Part shown: positions 46,328-55,170 of the stretch, one piece after another
How positions within the stretch are numbered: position 1 is the stretch's first letter
Layout: each line of letters starts with the position of its first letter
From: an uncultured Atopobium sp.
GTDB lineage: Bacteria; Actinomycetota; Coriobacteriia; Coriobacteriales; Atopobiaceae
Direction: 5' to 3'
Length of the DNA: 64,000 nucleotides
NCBI GenBank assembly: GCA_937997345.1
Contig: CALKTD010000009.1
Span: 66,493-130,492 of the forward strand
The notes under the pieces: model-generated
Seen by the model: the letters and a program-made list of their open reading frames with translations, nothing else
What the model was told of the DNA's origin: nothing
The model's database searches: none
Translations under genes and position numbers: made by a program

Positions 46328-46903
46328 ATGGCTCAAGAAGGTTCGCACTCTCTCATTGTGGACGAGCAGTCCCTTGACCGCATGCTTACACGAATTGCTC
46401 ACGAAATTGTCGAGAATAACGATTCAATTGAAAACGTTGCTTTGGTGGGCATTATTCGCCGTGGAGAGGTTTTGGCTTCTCGTCTTGCGGAAAAGATTTT
46501 GAGTTTTACCGGATTTAAGCCAAAAGTTGGCTCACTTGATATCAGTTTTTATCGCGATGATTTTAGAAGAAACACCGCACCGGTTCTCCACGCAACTAAT
46601 ATCGATTTTGATATTACGGGCACAAGCGTTGTGCTGGTAGACGATGTTCTTCAGACAGGAAGAACTATCAGAGCAGCACTTGATGCGCTCATCGACTATG
46701 GTCGTCCTGAGCGCGTTCAATTGGCCGTAGTAGTTGACCGCGGTCATCGCGAGCTTCCCATTAGACCCGACTATGTAGGAAAAAACGTACCTTCTTCAAA
46801 GAGCCAGGTAGTCAGCTTAAATGTTAAAGAAATTGATGGTCAGGACTGCGTATTGCTGTATGAAGCTGACTATTCTGACCCCTTTATTGAGGGAGGAAAC
46901 TAA
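46328..46903 (+). CDS. pyrR: Bifunctional pyr mRNA-binding attenuation protein / uracil phosphoribosyltransferase PyrR
   Basis: PRTase motif VVLVDDVLQTGRTIRAAL. It is the first gene of the pyr operon. Confidence 0.93.
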   Translation: MAQEGSHSLIVDEQSLDRMLTRIAHEIVENNDSIENVALVGIIRRGEVLASRLAEKILSFTGFKPKVGSLDISFYRDDFRRNTAPVLHATNIDFDITGTSVVLVDDVLQTGRTIRAALDALIDYGRPERVQLAVVVDRGHRELPIRPDYVGKNVPSSKSQVVSLNVKEIDGQDCVLLYEADYSDPFIEGGN

Positions 46904-47838
46904 TGCTTTCAGTTAAACATTTGATTGATACAAACAGCCTGACGTGTGACGATATCCAGCAGATTCTTGATACAGCTCAGTCGTTTGAAGCTGTAAACAA
47001 CAGAGACATTAAAAAGGTGCCGGCACTTCGTGGCCGCACTATCGTAAACCTGTTTTTGGAGCCTTCCACCAGGACTCGCTCCTCATTTGAGCTTGCCGAG
47101 AAACGCCTCTCGGCTGACGCTTTAAACATGGGAGGATCTACTTCATCTGTGGTTAAGGGAGAGTCTCTGGCAGATACCATTCAGACTATCGACGCTATGA
47201 ACGTTGATATGTTTATCTGCCGTGCAAGACTTGCAGGTACACCGCAGAAGATTACTGAGCACACTGATGCGGTGGTTATAAACGCGGGTGATGGTAAGCA
47301 TCAGCACCCAACTCAGGCAATGCTTGACCTCTATACCATTCGCAAGAACTTTGGACATCTTGACGGTCTTAAGGTTGCTATTGTCGGCGACCTTTCTCAC
47401 AGCCGCGTCGTTGGCTCTTTGGTGCCAGCACTCAAGACTATGGGTGCAGAGGTTGTTCTAGTTGGACCTCCAACGTTCCACGTAGACGATCCAAGCTGGT
47501 TTGGCTGCTATCAGACCTCACACTTTGATGAGGTCATTGGTGATGTTGACGTCGTATACATGCTTCGCGTGCAGCTTGAGCGTATGGAGGGAGCACCTAT
47601 TCCTTCTCGCCGTGAGTACAACAGGCTTTGGGGCCTTGATGAGCGCCGCAGTAAGCTGATGAAGCCTGAGGCAATCATCTGCCACCCAGGTCCTATGAAC
47701 CGTGGCATGGAAATTAACAGCGAGGTGGCCGATTGCGCTCGCTCTCGTATTCTTGACCAGGTCAATGCAGGCGTTTTGACGCGCATGGCCGCAATGTATT
47801 TGCTTCTGGGAGGAGACTCTGATGGCATTTCTGCTTAA
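46903..47838 (+). CDS. pyrB: Aspartate carbamoyltransferase catalytic subunit
   Basis: Motifs STRTRSSFE, HPTQAMLD and HPGPMNRG. Confidence 0.95.
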   Translation: MLSVKHLIDTNSLTCDDIQQILDTAQSFEAVNNRDIKKVPALRGRTIVNLFLEPSTRTRSSFELAEKRLSADALNMGGSTSSVVKGESLADTIQTIDAMNVDMFICRARLAGTPQKITEHTDAVVINAGDGKHQHPTQAMLDLYTIRKNFGHLDGLKVAIVGDLSHSRVVGSLVPALKTMGAEVVLVGPPTFHVDDPSWFGCYQTSHFDEVIGDVDVVYMLRVQLERMEGAPIPSRREYNRLWGLDERRSKLMKPEAIICHPGPMNRGMEINSEVADCARSRILDQVNAGVLTRMAAMYLLLGGDSDGISA

Positions 47839-49129
47839 GGGCGCGCGTGTTGTAGACCCGCAGCTTAATCTTGACGCGGTACTGGACGTCCGTATTGACG
47901 GAGAAACCATTGCTGAAGTCGCAGCTACGGTTAAGCCTCAAGAGGGTGACACCGTTATTGATGCAAAGGGCAAGGTGCTTACCCCTGGCCTTGTTGATAT
48001 GCACGTTCACTTCAGAGATCCAGGCTTTGAGTACAAAGAGACCATTGAGACGGGCTCTAGGGCTGCGGTTCACGGTGGCTTTACTGATGTTGCTACTATG
48101 CCAAACACCAATCCTGTTACTGATAATGGGCCTGCTGTTCGTTTCCAGATTGATCGCGGCAATGAGGTTGGTCTCATTCACGTCCGTCCTATGGGTGCTT
48201 TAACCAAGGGCTCTAAGGGACAAGAGCTTGCTGAGATTGGCAATATGGTTGATGAGGGGGCATCCGCGTTCTCTGACGACGGCCACGGCGTTCAAAGCGC
48301 TGGTATGATGCGCACCGTTATGGAGTATGTCTCCCAGTTTGACCGCGTTGTTGCTGCTCACTGTGAGATTGAGTCCATCAGTGCTGGCGGCGTTGTCAAC
48401 GAGGGCCGCGCAAGCACGCGTCTTGGTATGTTTGGTTGGCCAGCACTTGGCGAGGAGTTGGAGATTTCCAGAGACATTGATCTTTGTCGCCTTACTGGTT
48501 GTCCTCTGCACATCTGCCACATTTCAACGGGCAGGGGAGCAGAGCTGGTTCGTGCAGCCAAGAAGGAAGGCTTGCCTGTTACCGCTGAGGTTTGCCCTCA
48601 CCACCTCTTCTTATCTGAGGATGACATCACCGACAACTATAATACCAACCTTAAGATGAATCCACCACTCAGAACTGCTGAAGATGCGCTTGCACTTCAG
48701 GCTGCAGTTGCAGACGGTACGGTTGATTGTATTGTTACCGATCATGCACCTCATGCAGCTCACGAGAAGGACTGTGAGTGGGAAATCTCTTACTTTGGCT
48801 GCATTGGCCTTGAGACCTCGCTGCCTTTGATGGTCACCAATATGGTGCGCACCAATAAGCTTTCTTACACTGGTCTTGTTCGCGCAATGGCCGTTAATCC
48901 TCGTCGTATTCTGCGTCTTGCACCTGTTAAGATTGCTGCAGGTTACAAGGCTGACCTGACCCTTTTTGACCCAGAAAAGAAGGTTCAGATTACGACAGAG
49001 TATTTTGAGAGCAAGTCCAAGAACTCCGCCTTCATTGGCTCTGAGCTCTATGGTGTTGCAACAGATGTGTTTGTTGATGGCAAGCGAGTTCTTGCTGATG
49101 AAGTAGTTGTTCCTGGAGGGGAAAAGTAA
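47822..49129 (+). CDS. pyrC: Dihydroorotase
   Basis: Motifs DMHVHFRDPG and TDHAPH. Conserved pyr operon position. Confidence 0.93.
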   Translation: MAFLLKGARVVDPQLNLDAVLDVRIDGETIAEVAATVKPQEGDTVIDAKGKVLTPGLVDMHVHFRDPGFEYKETIETGSRAAVHGGFTDVATMPNTNPVTDNGPAVRFQIDRGNEVGLIHVRPMGALTKGSKGQELAEIGNMVDEGASAFSDDGHGVQSAGMMRTVMEYVSQFDRVVAAHCEIESISAGGVVNEGRASTRLGMFGWPALGEELEISRDIDLCRLTGCPLHICHISTGRGAELVRAAKKEGLPVTAEVCPHHLFLSEDDITDNYNTNLKMNPPLRTAEDALALQAAVADGTVDCIVTDHAPHAAHEKDCEWEISYFGCIGLETSLPLMVTNMVRTNKLSYTGLVRAMAVNPRRILRLAPVKIAAGYKADLTLFDPEKKVQITTEYFESKSKNSAFIGSELYGVATDVFVDGKRVLADEVVVPGGEK

Positions 49130-49923
49130 TGCCACTACGTGGAAATGTACAGGTATTTGACTTTACGGTTCTGAGTAATACTCAGGTTGCTCAGAATCTG
49201 TATAGAGCCCAGCTCAAGGTACCAGGTCTTTGTAAGTTTCTAGCGCCTGGTCAGTTTGTAAATGTTAATGTTCCAGGCGATAAGCGCCACATTCTTCGCA
49301 TTCCGCTGTCCTTCTCGCTAGCTGATAAAGCAACTGATACGCTCGAGCTTATCTACGCAACGGTAGGTGAGGGTACACGCAGGCTTTCTCAGATGAAGCC
49401 TGGCGACACTAGCGACATGACTGCTCCTTGCGGCCGCCCCTGGCGCCTTAACGCCTCTAGCAAGAGAAGCGTCCTGGTAGCAGGAGGTGTGGGTATCACA
49501 CCAATTATCGCAGCGGCTCGTAAGCTTACCGAGCTAGGCGTTGAGTTTGACGCGGTCATTGGCGCACAAACTGCCGAGAAGCTCTTTGGAGAAGAAGATC
49601 TTCTCGCCTTAGGCGCACAGAACGTGTACGTTACAACAGATGACGGCTCTAAGGGTACCAAGGGCTTTGTAACAGCAGCTTTAGAGGAGCCTTTGAGCCA
49701 AGGTGTTTGGGACGCTATATATACCTGCGGTCCAGAGCCTATGATGAGAAGCGTCGCCAAGCTTGCAATTGCTCATAACGTTGCCTGCCAGGTTTCTATG
49801 GAGCGCATGATGAGCTGTGCATTTGGCGCATGCAACACCTGCAATGTCCCACTTGCTAAGGGCGGCTATGCGTCTGCTTGCATGGTTGGACCTGTTTTTG
49901 AGGCAAAGGAGATCGCATGGTAG
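49129..49923 (+). CDS. pyrK: Dihydroorotate dehydrogenase electron-transfer subunit (FAD, 2Fe-2S)
   Basis: FNR-like fold with RIPLS, and a C-terminal Cys cluster CAFGACNTCNV...C. Confidence 0.9.
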   Translation: MPLRGNVQVFDFTVLSNTQVAQNLYRAQLKVPGLCKFLAPGQFVNVNVPGDKRHILRIPLSFSLADKATDTLELIYATVGEGTRRLSQMKPGDTSDMTAPCGRPWRLNASSKRSVLVAGGVGITPIIAAARKLTELGVEFDAVIGAQTAEKLFGEEDLLALGAQNVYVTTDDGSKGTKGFVTAALEEPLSQGVWDAIYTCGPEPMMRSVAKLAIAHNVACQVSMERMMSCAFGACNTCNVPLAKGGYASACMVGPVFEAKEIAW

Positions 49924-50843
49924 ATCAGGTAAAAATGGCCGTCAATCTTGGCGGCATCCAGATGAAAAATCCTATCAATACTGCTGCGGGTACCTTTGGA
50001 TATGGCTGGCAGTTTGAGGGTTTCTACGACGTTTCTCTGCTTGGCGCCATCACTATGAAGGGTGTTGCTCGCGTTCCTTGGGAAGGAAACCCAGCTCCTC
50101 GTATGTGCGAGCTCAACGGCGGCATGATGAACAGCGTTGGCCTTGCCAATCCTGGAGTGGACGATTTTATCGCCCACACTGATGACTACATGAAAGATCT
50201 TGAAGGCCGTGGTACGCGCGTCATCATGCAGATGGCGGCACACTCCGTTCAGGAGATGATTGACGTTGTCGAGCGCCTTGAAGAGCTTAATCCACACATC
50301 TCAGCTATTGAGCTTAACGTGAGTTGTCCAAATCTCGAGAAGGGCGGTAAGCCCCTCGGTGGTACTCCAGAGCAGGCTACAGAGATTATGAAGGCAGTAC
50401 GTCCTCTGACAAAGCTGCCCATTCTGGTTAAGATGGCCCCCGTCAACGTTGCCGAGATTGGTAAAGCTTTTGAGGCCGCAGGCGCTGACGGTCTTACGTT
50501 AATCAACTCTATTCCAGGCATGTCAATTAATGTCCACACAAGAAAGAGCAGGCTCTCTAAGCCAACTGGCGGCCTTAGTGGTCCTCTTTGCCATAACGCT
50601 GCAGTTCGCATGGTTTGGGAGTGTGCTCAGGCGGTCTCCATTCCTATCTGCGGCGTTGGCGGCGTAGAAACGGGCGAGGATGCTGCAGAGTTTATCCTTG
50701 CGGGCGCTACGGCTGTCTCGGTGGGTTCTGCAAACCTTTACGACCCAATGTGTGCTCCACGTATTCTGAACGAGCTTGCTGACTGGGCAAAGTCTCAGGG
50801 AGTATCTGACATCCACGAGCTGATTGGAGCTGTTGAATGCTAA
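49917..50843 (+). CDS. pyrD: Dihydroorotate dehydrogenase 1B, catalytic subunit
   Basis: Motifs NTAAGTFGYG, ELNVSCPN and GGLSGP...GVGGV. Confidence 0.93.
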   Translation: MVDQVKMAVNLGGIQMKNPINTAAGTFGYGWQFEGFYDVSLLGAITMKGVARVPWEGNPAPRMCELNGGMMNSVGLANPGVDDFIAHTDDYMKDLEGRGTRVIMQMAAHSVQEMIDVVERLEELNPHISAIELNVSCPNLEKGGKPLGGTPEQATEIMKAVRPLTKLPILVKMAPVNVAEIGKAFEAAGADGLTLINSIPGMSINVHTRKSRLSKPTGGLSGPLCHNAAVRMVWECAQAVSIPICGVGGVETGEDAAEFILAGATAVSVGSANLYDPMCAPRILNELADWAKSQGVSDIHELIGAVEC

Positions 50844-51568
50844 CAGACGAGCAGGCACGCGACGCCGTTATTGTTGCGCTTGATTGCACAAGAGAAAGAG
50901 CTCTGGAGCTCACCGATCTTCTCGCCGGACATGCACGCTGGGTTAAGGTTGGCATGACGCTTTTTTATCGCTACGGACCCTCGATGGTAGATGAGATGCA
51001 CGCACGTGGCTTCAAGGTGTTTCTTGACCTCAAGGTGCACGACATTCCATTCCAGGTCAAAGGTGCTGTCCACTCTGCATCGCTTTCTGGTGCAGACATC
51101 TTATCTATCCATGGCCTGGGAACCGCTCAGATGATCTCTGCTGGTCGCGAGGGTGCAGAAGAGGCTGCAGCAGAGCGTGGCGTTGATGAGTCTGGCCGCA
51201 CCAAACTAGTGGCTATCTCTGTGCTTACCAGCATGGATGAGGATGCACTCCATTCCATTGGCGTAAACAGCTCTATTAAGGATGAAGTTGCTCGTTTGGC
51301 GTCTCTTTCTTATCACGCTGGTGCCGATGGAATTGTTTGTTCGCCTCAGGAAGCACAGGAAATGAGAGAACTTTTGGGACTGAATGCACTTATTGTGACT
51401 CCTGGAGTTCGTCCAGAAGGTGCCGAGAAGGGCGATCAGGTCAGAATTTCCACACCTTCAGCTGCAATTAAGGCTGGAGCAAGCAAATTGGTAGTTGGTA
51501 GGCCAATTACCTGCGCAAACAATCCAGTTGAAGCATTTGAATCCATCATTTCTGAGCTTAAAAATTAA
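50837..51568 (+). CDS. pyrF: Orotidine-5'-phosphate decarboxylase
   Basis: Motifs ALDC..., FLDLKVHDIP and VVGRPI. Confidence 0.92.
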   Translation: MLTDEQARDAVIVALDCTRERALELTDLLAGHARWVKVGMTLFYRYGPSMVDEMHARGFKVFLDLKVHDIPFQVKGAVHSASLSGADILSIHGLGTAQMISAGREGAEEAAAERGVDESGRTKLVAISVLTSMDEDALHSIGVNSSIKDEVARLASLSYHAGADGIVCSPQEAQEMRELLGLNALIVTPGVRPEGAEKGDQVRISTPSAAIKAGASKLVVGRPITCANNPVEAFESIISELKN

Positions 51569-51731
51569 CAAAAGTTTTTGGAATTATGGTGAACAGGTGG
51601 TTTTTGATGCGGAAATATTAAAAAACCCCTTGTAAATAACGTGTTATGTGGCAAACTATTTTGCTGAAGTGCAAAAGGCACATTAAATTGAGTTTCGTAT
51701 ATGAAGTACGAAAACGATGTTTGGAGGAACA

Positions 51732-52040
51732 ATGGCTCTACCTACACTTACCGATGAGCAGCGCAAGGCAGCACTTGAGAAGGCAGCTCAGGCTCGTCAC
51801 GCTCGTGCAGAGCTTCGCGAGAAGGTTAAGACTGGTAAGGTCTCCCTTAAAGAGGTCCTTGATTCTACCGATCCTATTGCTGAGCGTATGAAGGTTTCCG
51901 CTCTTATCGAGTCCCTTCCTGGCTATGGCAAGGCAAAGGCAGCAAAGATTATGGACGAGCTCGGAATTTCCGCAACTCGCCGCGTTAAGGGCCTTGGCGC
52001 TCGTCAGCGTGAGCAGCTCCTCGAGGCACTGACCAAGTAG
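51732..52040 (+). CDS. mihF: Actinobacterial-type integration host factor (mIHF)
   Basis: MALPTLTDEQRKAALEKAAQARHARAELREKVKTG... is typical of mIHF. GGAGG lies 4 nt upstream of the ATG at 51732. It precedes gmk-rpoZ, as in Actinobacteria. Confidence 0.85.
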   Translation: MALPTLTDEQRKAALEKAAQARHARAELREKVKTGKVSLKEVLDSTDPIAERMKVSALIESLPGYGKAKAAKIMDELGISATRRVKGLGARQREQLLEALTK

Positions 52041-52618
52041 TGGCTCGTTCAGCCAAACTTTTTGTAGTATCTGGACCGTCAGGTGTAGGAAAAGGAACGC
52101 TTGTCTCTCTGTTGAGGGACAAGCGTCCAAACCTAGGCCTGACGGTTTCGGCTACTACGCGCTCTCCACGACCAGGAGAAGTCGATGGAGTTGCGTATTA
52201 TTTTCTCTCCGATGAAGAATTTAAAAAGCGCGTTGATGCTGGTGAATTCCTTGAGTGGGCTCATGTTCATGGCCATTGCTATGGCACGCTCAAATCCGAG
52301 GTTGATCGCCTGATTTCTGCAGGTCAGTCTGTTGTTCTAGAGATTGACGTTCAGGGTGGACTTATGGTCCACAAACAATATCCCAACGCTATTCTCGTCT
52401 TTATTAAGCCACCTTCATTTGAAGAGCTTGAACAGCGTCTTAGAGGTCGCGGTACAGAAGACGAGAAGACCATTTCTACGAGACTTTCTAATGCGTCGCG
52501 TGAAATGGAGCATGCAAACGACTATACTGTTTGCATTGTGAACGACAACCTTGAGACTGCTCTGAGCAAGCTCGAGGAAGTTTTTGATGACTATGAATCA
52601 GACGGAGGTCAGCTTTAA
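52040..52618 (+). CDS. gmk: Guanylate kinase
   Basis: Motifs GPSGVGKGT and TTRSPRPGEVDGVAYYF. Confidence 0.95.
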   Translation: MARSAKLFVVSGPSGVGKGTLVSLLRDKRPNLGLTVSATTRSPRPGEVDGVAYYFLSDEEFKKRVDAGEFLEWAHVHGHCYGTLKSEVDRLISAGQSVVLEIDVQGGLMVHKQYPNAILVFIKPPSFEELEQRLRGRGTEDEKTISTRLSNASREMEHANDYTVCIVNDNLETALSKLEEVFDDYESDGGQL

Positions 52619-52902
52619 TGTCTGTTATTAAGCCTGAGATTGACAGCCTGCTTCAGAAGACTGAGCAGAATCCATTCTTGCTTTGCTCACTTGCTTCTAA
52701 GCGTGCTTGCGATATTAACAATATGCTTCACGGTCAGCACCTGCGTGTAACCGCTGTTCAGGATTTTGATGACATTACTACTGTTGCAAGTGGTAAAGAT
52801 TCTGTCTCTATTGCTATGAAAGAGATTAACGACGGTACCCTTGGCTTTGTTAAAGATTCTTTTGACGAGGCAATTAAGGGCGAGAACACCATCGTTTACT
52901 AA
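52618..52902 (+). CDS. rpoZ: DNA-directed RNA polymerase subunit omega
   Basis: 94 aa. The N-terminal NPFLLCSLASKRACDIN matches the omega motif. It follows gmk with a TAATG overlap. Confidence 0.85.
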   Translation: MSVIKPEIDSLLQKTEQNPFLLCSLASKRACDINNMLHGQHLRVTAVQDFDDITTVASGKDSVSIAMKEINDGTLGFVKDSFDEAIKGENTIVY

Positions 52903-52907
52903 GAGTT

Positions 52908-54152
52908 ATGACTGAAAGAGTATGTCTGGTTCACTACCACGAAATTGGTTTAAAGGGTAAGAACCGATCCACTTTTGAAAATCAGTTGGTAACAAATTTG
53001 CGACGAGCCCTCCGACACTTTCCAGTGGCGGGGGTTTCTCGCATTTCTGGCTACCTTCTTGTAGAAACCACTGATAAACAAGCAACTGAAGAGCTGCAAC
53101 ATGCTGTGGCCCAGGTTCCTGGCGTTGCACGTGCTTCTTTGGCGTATCGTTGTGGCTTAGATGAGCAGGAGTTTTGTAACGCCGCCGTGAAGGCGCTGGG
53201 GGAGTCCGGTGACTTTACTACGTTTAAAGTGCATGCTCGTCGTTCCTCAACGGTCTATCCAAAGCATTCCATTGAGATTAACCAGCTTGTAGGCGCAGTG
53301 CTTTGCGAGAATTTCCCTGATAAAAAAGTTCAGATGCATAATCCGGATATGACGGTCTATGTACATGTTGTTCAGGGTAATGCGTATGTTTACGCTGCAT
53401 CTATTCACGGCGTCGGTGGTCTTCCTGTTGGTACTGCGGGCAAGGTTGTATCGCTTCTTTCTAGCGGCATAGATTCGCCTGTTGCCACATGGATGGTTGG
53501 ACGTAGGGGAGCTACGGTTATTCCTGTTCACTTCTCTGGACGTCCTATGACTTCCGATACCAGCGAATATCTGTGTCAGGATATCATTGAGGCTCTTGAG
53601 CCAGCTGGTCTTATTGGCAGGATGTACGTTGTACCATTTGGCGAGCACCAGCGTGAGATTTCCCTTGCTGTTCCACAGGCTCTTCGTGTCATTATGTATC
53701 GTCGCGTGATGTACGTCATTGCACAGAAGATTGCAGAGCTTGAGGGTGCTAAAGCTCTGGTAACTGGTGAGTCACTTGGTCAAGTTGCTTCTCAGACACT
53801 TGATAACATTGCTGCTGTCAACGAGGCAGTCACCATACCTGTTTTGAGGCCTCTGATTGGCTCTGACAAGCAAGAAATCATCCGTCGCGCCCAAAATATC
53901 AACACGTTTGATATTTCAACGCAGACGGCTCCAGATTGCTGCACATTGTTTATGCCTCGTCGTCCTGAGACTCACGCAAGAATGCGAGAGGTTCTTGAAG
54001 CATGGAATTCCTTTGACCATGAAGCCATTATTAATGATCTTATGCAGCATATTGAGTATATTGACTTTAGTCAGTGTCCTTCATATAAGCCACCTAAAAA
54101 GCTTGCTGCTCGTCATAAAGAACTTGCTCCTGCAGAGTTTATTGCTGACTAG
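52908..54152 (+). CDS. thiI: tRNA 4-thiouridine(8) synthase ThiI (no rhodanese domain)
   Basis: Ferredoxin-like and THUMP N-terminal region, PP-loop LLSSGIDSPVA, and GESLGQVASQT. Confidence 0.9.
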   Translation: MTERVCLVHYHEIGLKGKNRSTFENQLVTNLRRALRHFPVAGVSRISGYLLVETTDKQATEELQHAVAQVPGVARASLAYRCGLDEQEFCNAAVKALGESGDFTTFKVHARRSSTVYPKHSIEINQLVGAVLCENFPDKKVQMHNPDMTVYVHVVQGNAYVYAASIHGVGGLPVGTAGKVVSLLSSGIDSPVATWMVGRRGATVIPVHFSGRPMTSDTSEYLCQDIIEALEPAGLIGRMYVVPFGEHQREISLAVPQALRVIMYRRVMYVIAQKIAELEGAKALVTGESLGQVASQTLDNIAAVNEAVTIPVLRPLIGSDKQEIIRRAQNINTFDISTQTAPDCCTLFMPRRPETHARMREVLEAWNSFDHEAIINDLMQHIEYIDFSQCPSYKPPKKLAARHKELAPAEFIAD

Positions 54153-54204
54153 GATATCTTCACTGCTCAAAACTTTTGATCGCTTTGCTCAGATGCATTT
54201 TTAG

Positions 54205-54234
54205 AATCCGCCCCGTAAAAGGGCGGATTTTTTA
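54205..54234 (+). terminator. Intrinsic terminator after thiI
   Basis: AATCCGCCC-cgtaaaa-GGGCGGATT followed by TTTTT. Confidence 0.85.
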
Positions 54235-54416
54235 TGCGAGTGGTTTGATAATCTTATTTAGTGCAATTCTGTTCTTGTAAGTTTGTGCAACATATCTGGC
54301 AATTGTTGATAACTGTGTCAGATTACCAGCAGTTTCAGAACAAGACTATTAGATAAATCTTTAAAAGTAGCGTTTCTCATTACACTAATAGTTGAATATA
54401 AATCTGAGGTGATTGT

Positions 54417-55169
54417 ATGGCTCAGATTTCAAATAACCGCACTCAAATAATTAATAAATTGATGAGAAGGTTTAATTTATCTCAGCAACAACTCATAGCG
54501 GTTGCCGCTGTAGTTGTCCTAGCTATTGTGTCAGCAGTTGTATTAATTGGAATAATTTCTGCTGGAACATCAGAGTCATTTGATAGATCACATAATCAAG
54601 CAGACTCTACGCAAGGAGTGACTGTTGCAGAAAATCCACAACATACGGAAGAAGATAATGCTACAGATCAGCCAGGAGCTGATCATAAGATTAAAGAAGC
54701 CTCTCCTCAAATGATGGTTCATGTTGATGGAGCTGTTAAGTCGCCAGGACTTTACGCTCTACAAATGGCAAACCCACGCGTGAATGATGCTATTCAAATA
54801 GCAGGAGGTTTAACTGAAGACGCAAACGGGCAAGGGATTAATCTAGCGTCTCCTGTTGAAGATGGTCAAAAAATATATATACCTAAAAAGGGAGAAGAGC
54901 CGCCACCAGAGATTCCACAGCCAGAGCAAAACAAAGCCACAAGCAATAAGCAAACAAATACGAAGAGAGATAAAAAGACGGTTGTAGATATTAATCGAGC
55001 AACTGTAGAAGAATTAACTAAGCTTCAAGGTGTGGGAGAAGGGCTGGCTCAGCGAATTGTTGCAGACAGACAAAAGAACGGACCTTTTAAAACAACTGAA
55101 GATCTGATGCGTGTTTCTGGAATTGGCCAGAAAAAGTTTGATCAGCTCAAGGACAATATTCGTGTCTAA
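54417..55169 (+). CDS. comEA: Competence protein ComEA (DNA receptor)
   Basis: N-terminal TM, SLBB-like domain (VHVDGAVKSPGLY) and C-terminal HhH pair (INRATVEELTKLQGVGEGLAQRIV...GPF). Confidence 0.85.
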   Translation: MAQISNNRTQIINKLMRRFNLSQQQLIAVAAVVVLAIVSAVVLIGIISAGTSESFDRSHNQADSTQGVTVAENPQHTEEDNATDQPGADHKIKEASPQMMVHVDGAVKSPGLYALQMANPRVNDAIQIAGGLTEDANGQGINLASPVEDGQKIYIPKKGEEPPPEIPQPEQNKATSNKQTNTKRDKKTVVDINRATVEELTKLQGVGEGLAQRIVADRQKNGPFKTTEDLMRVSGIGQKKFDQLKDNIRV

Positions 55170-55170
55170 G

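Noticed and set aside
46221-46502. A 93-aa ORF spanning the pyr leader and the start of pyrR.
   Set aside because: It reads through the terminator hairpin and overlaps pyrR out of frame. It has no RBS and no recognisable protein features.
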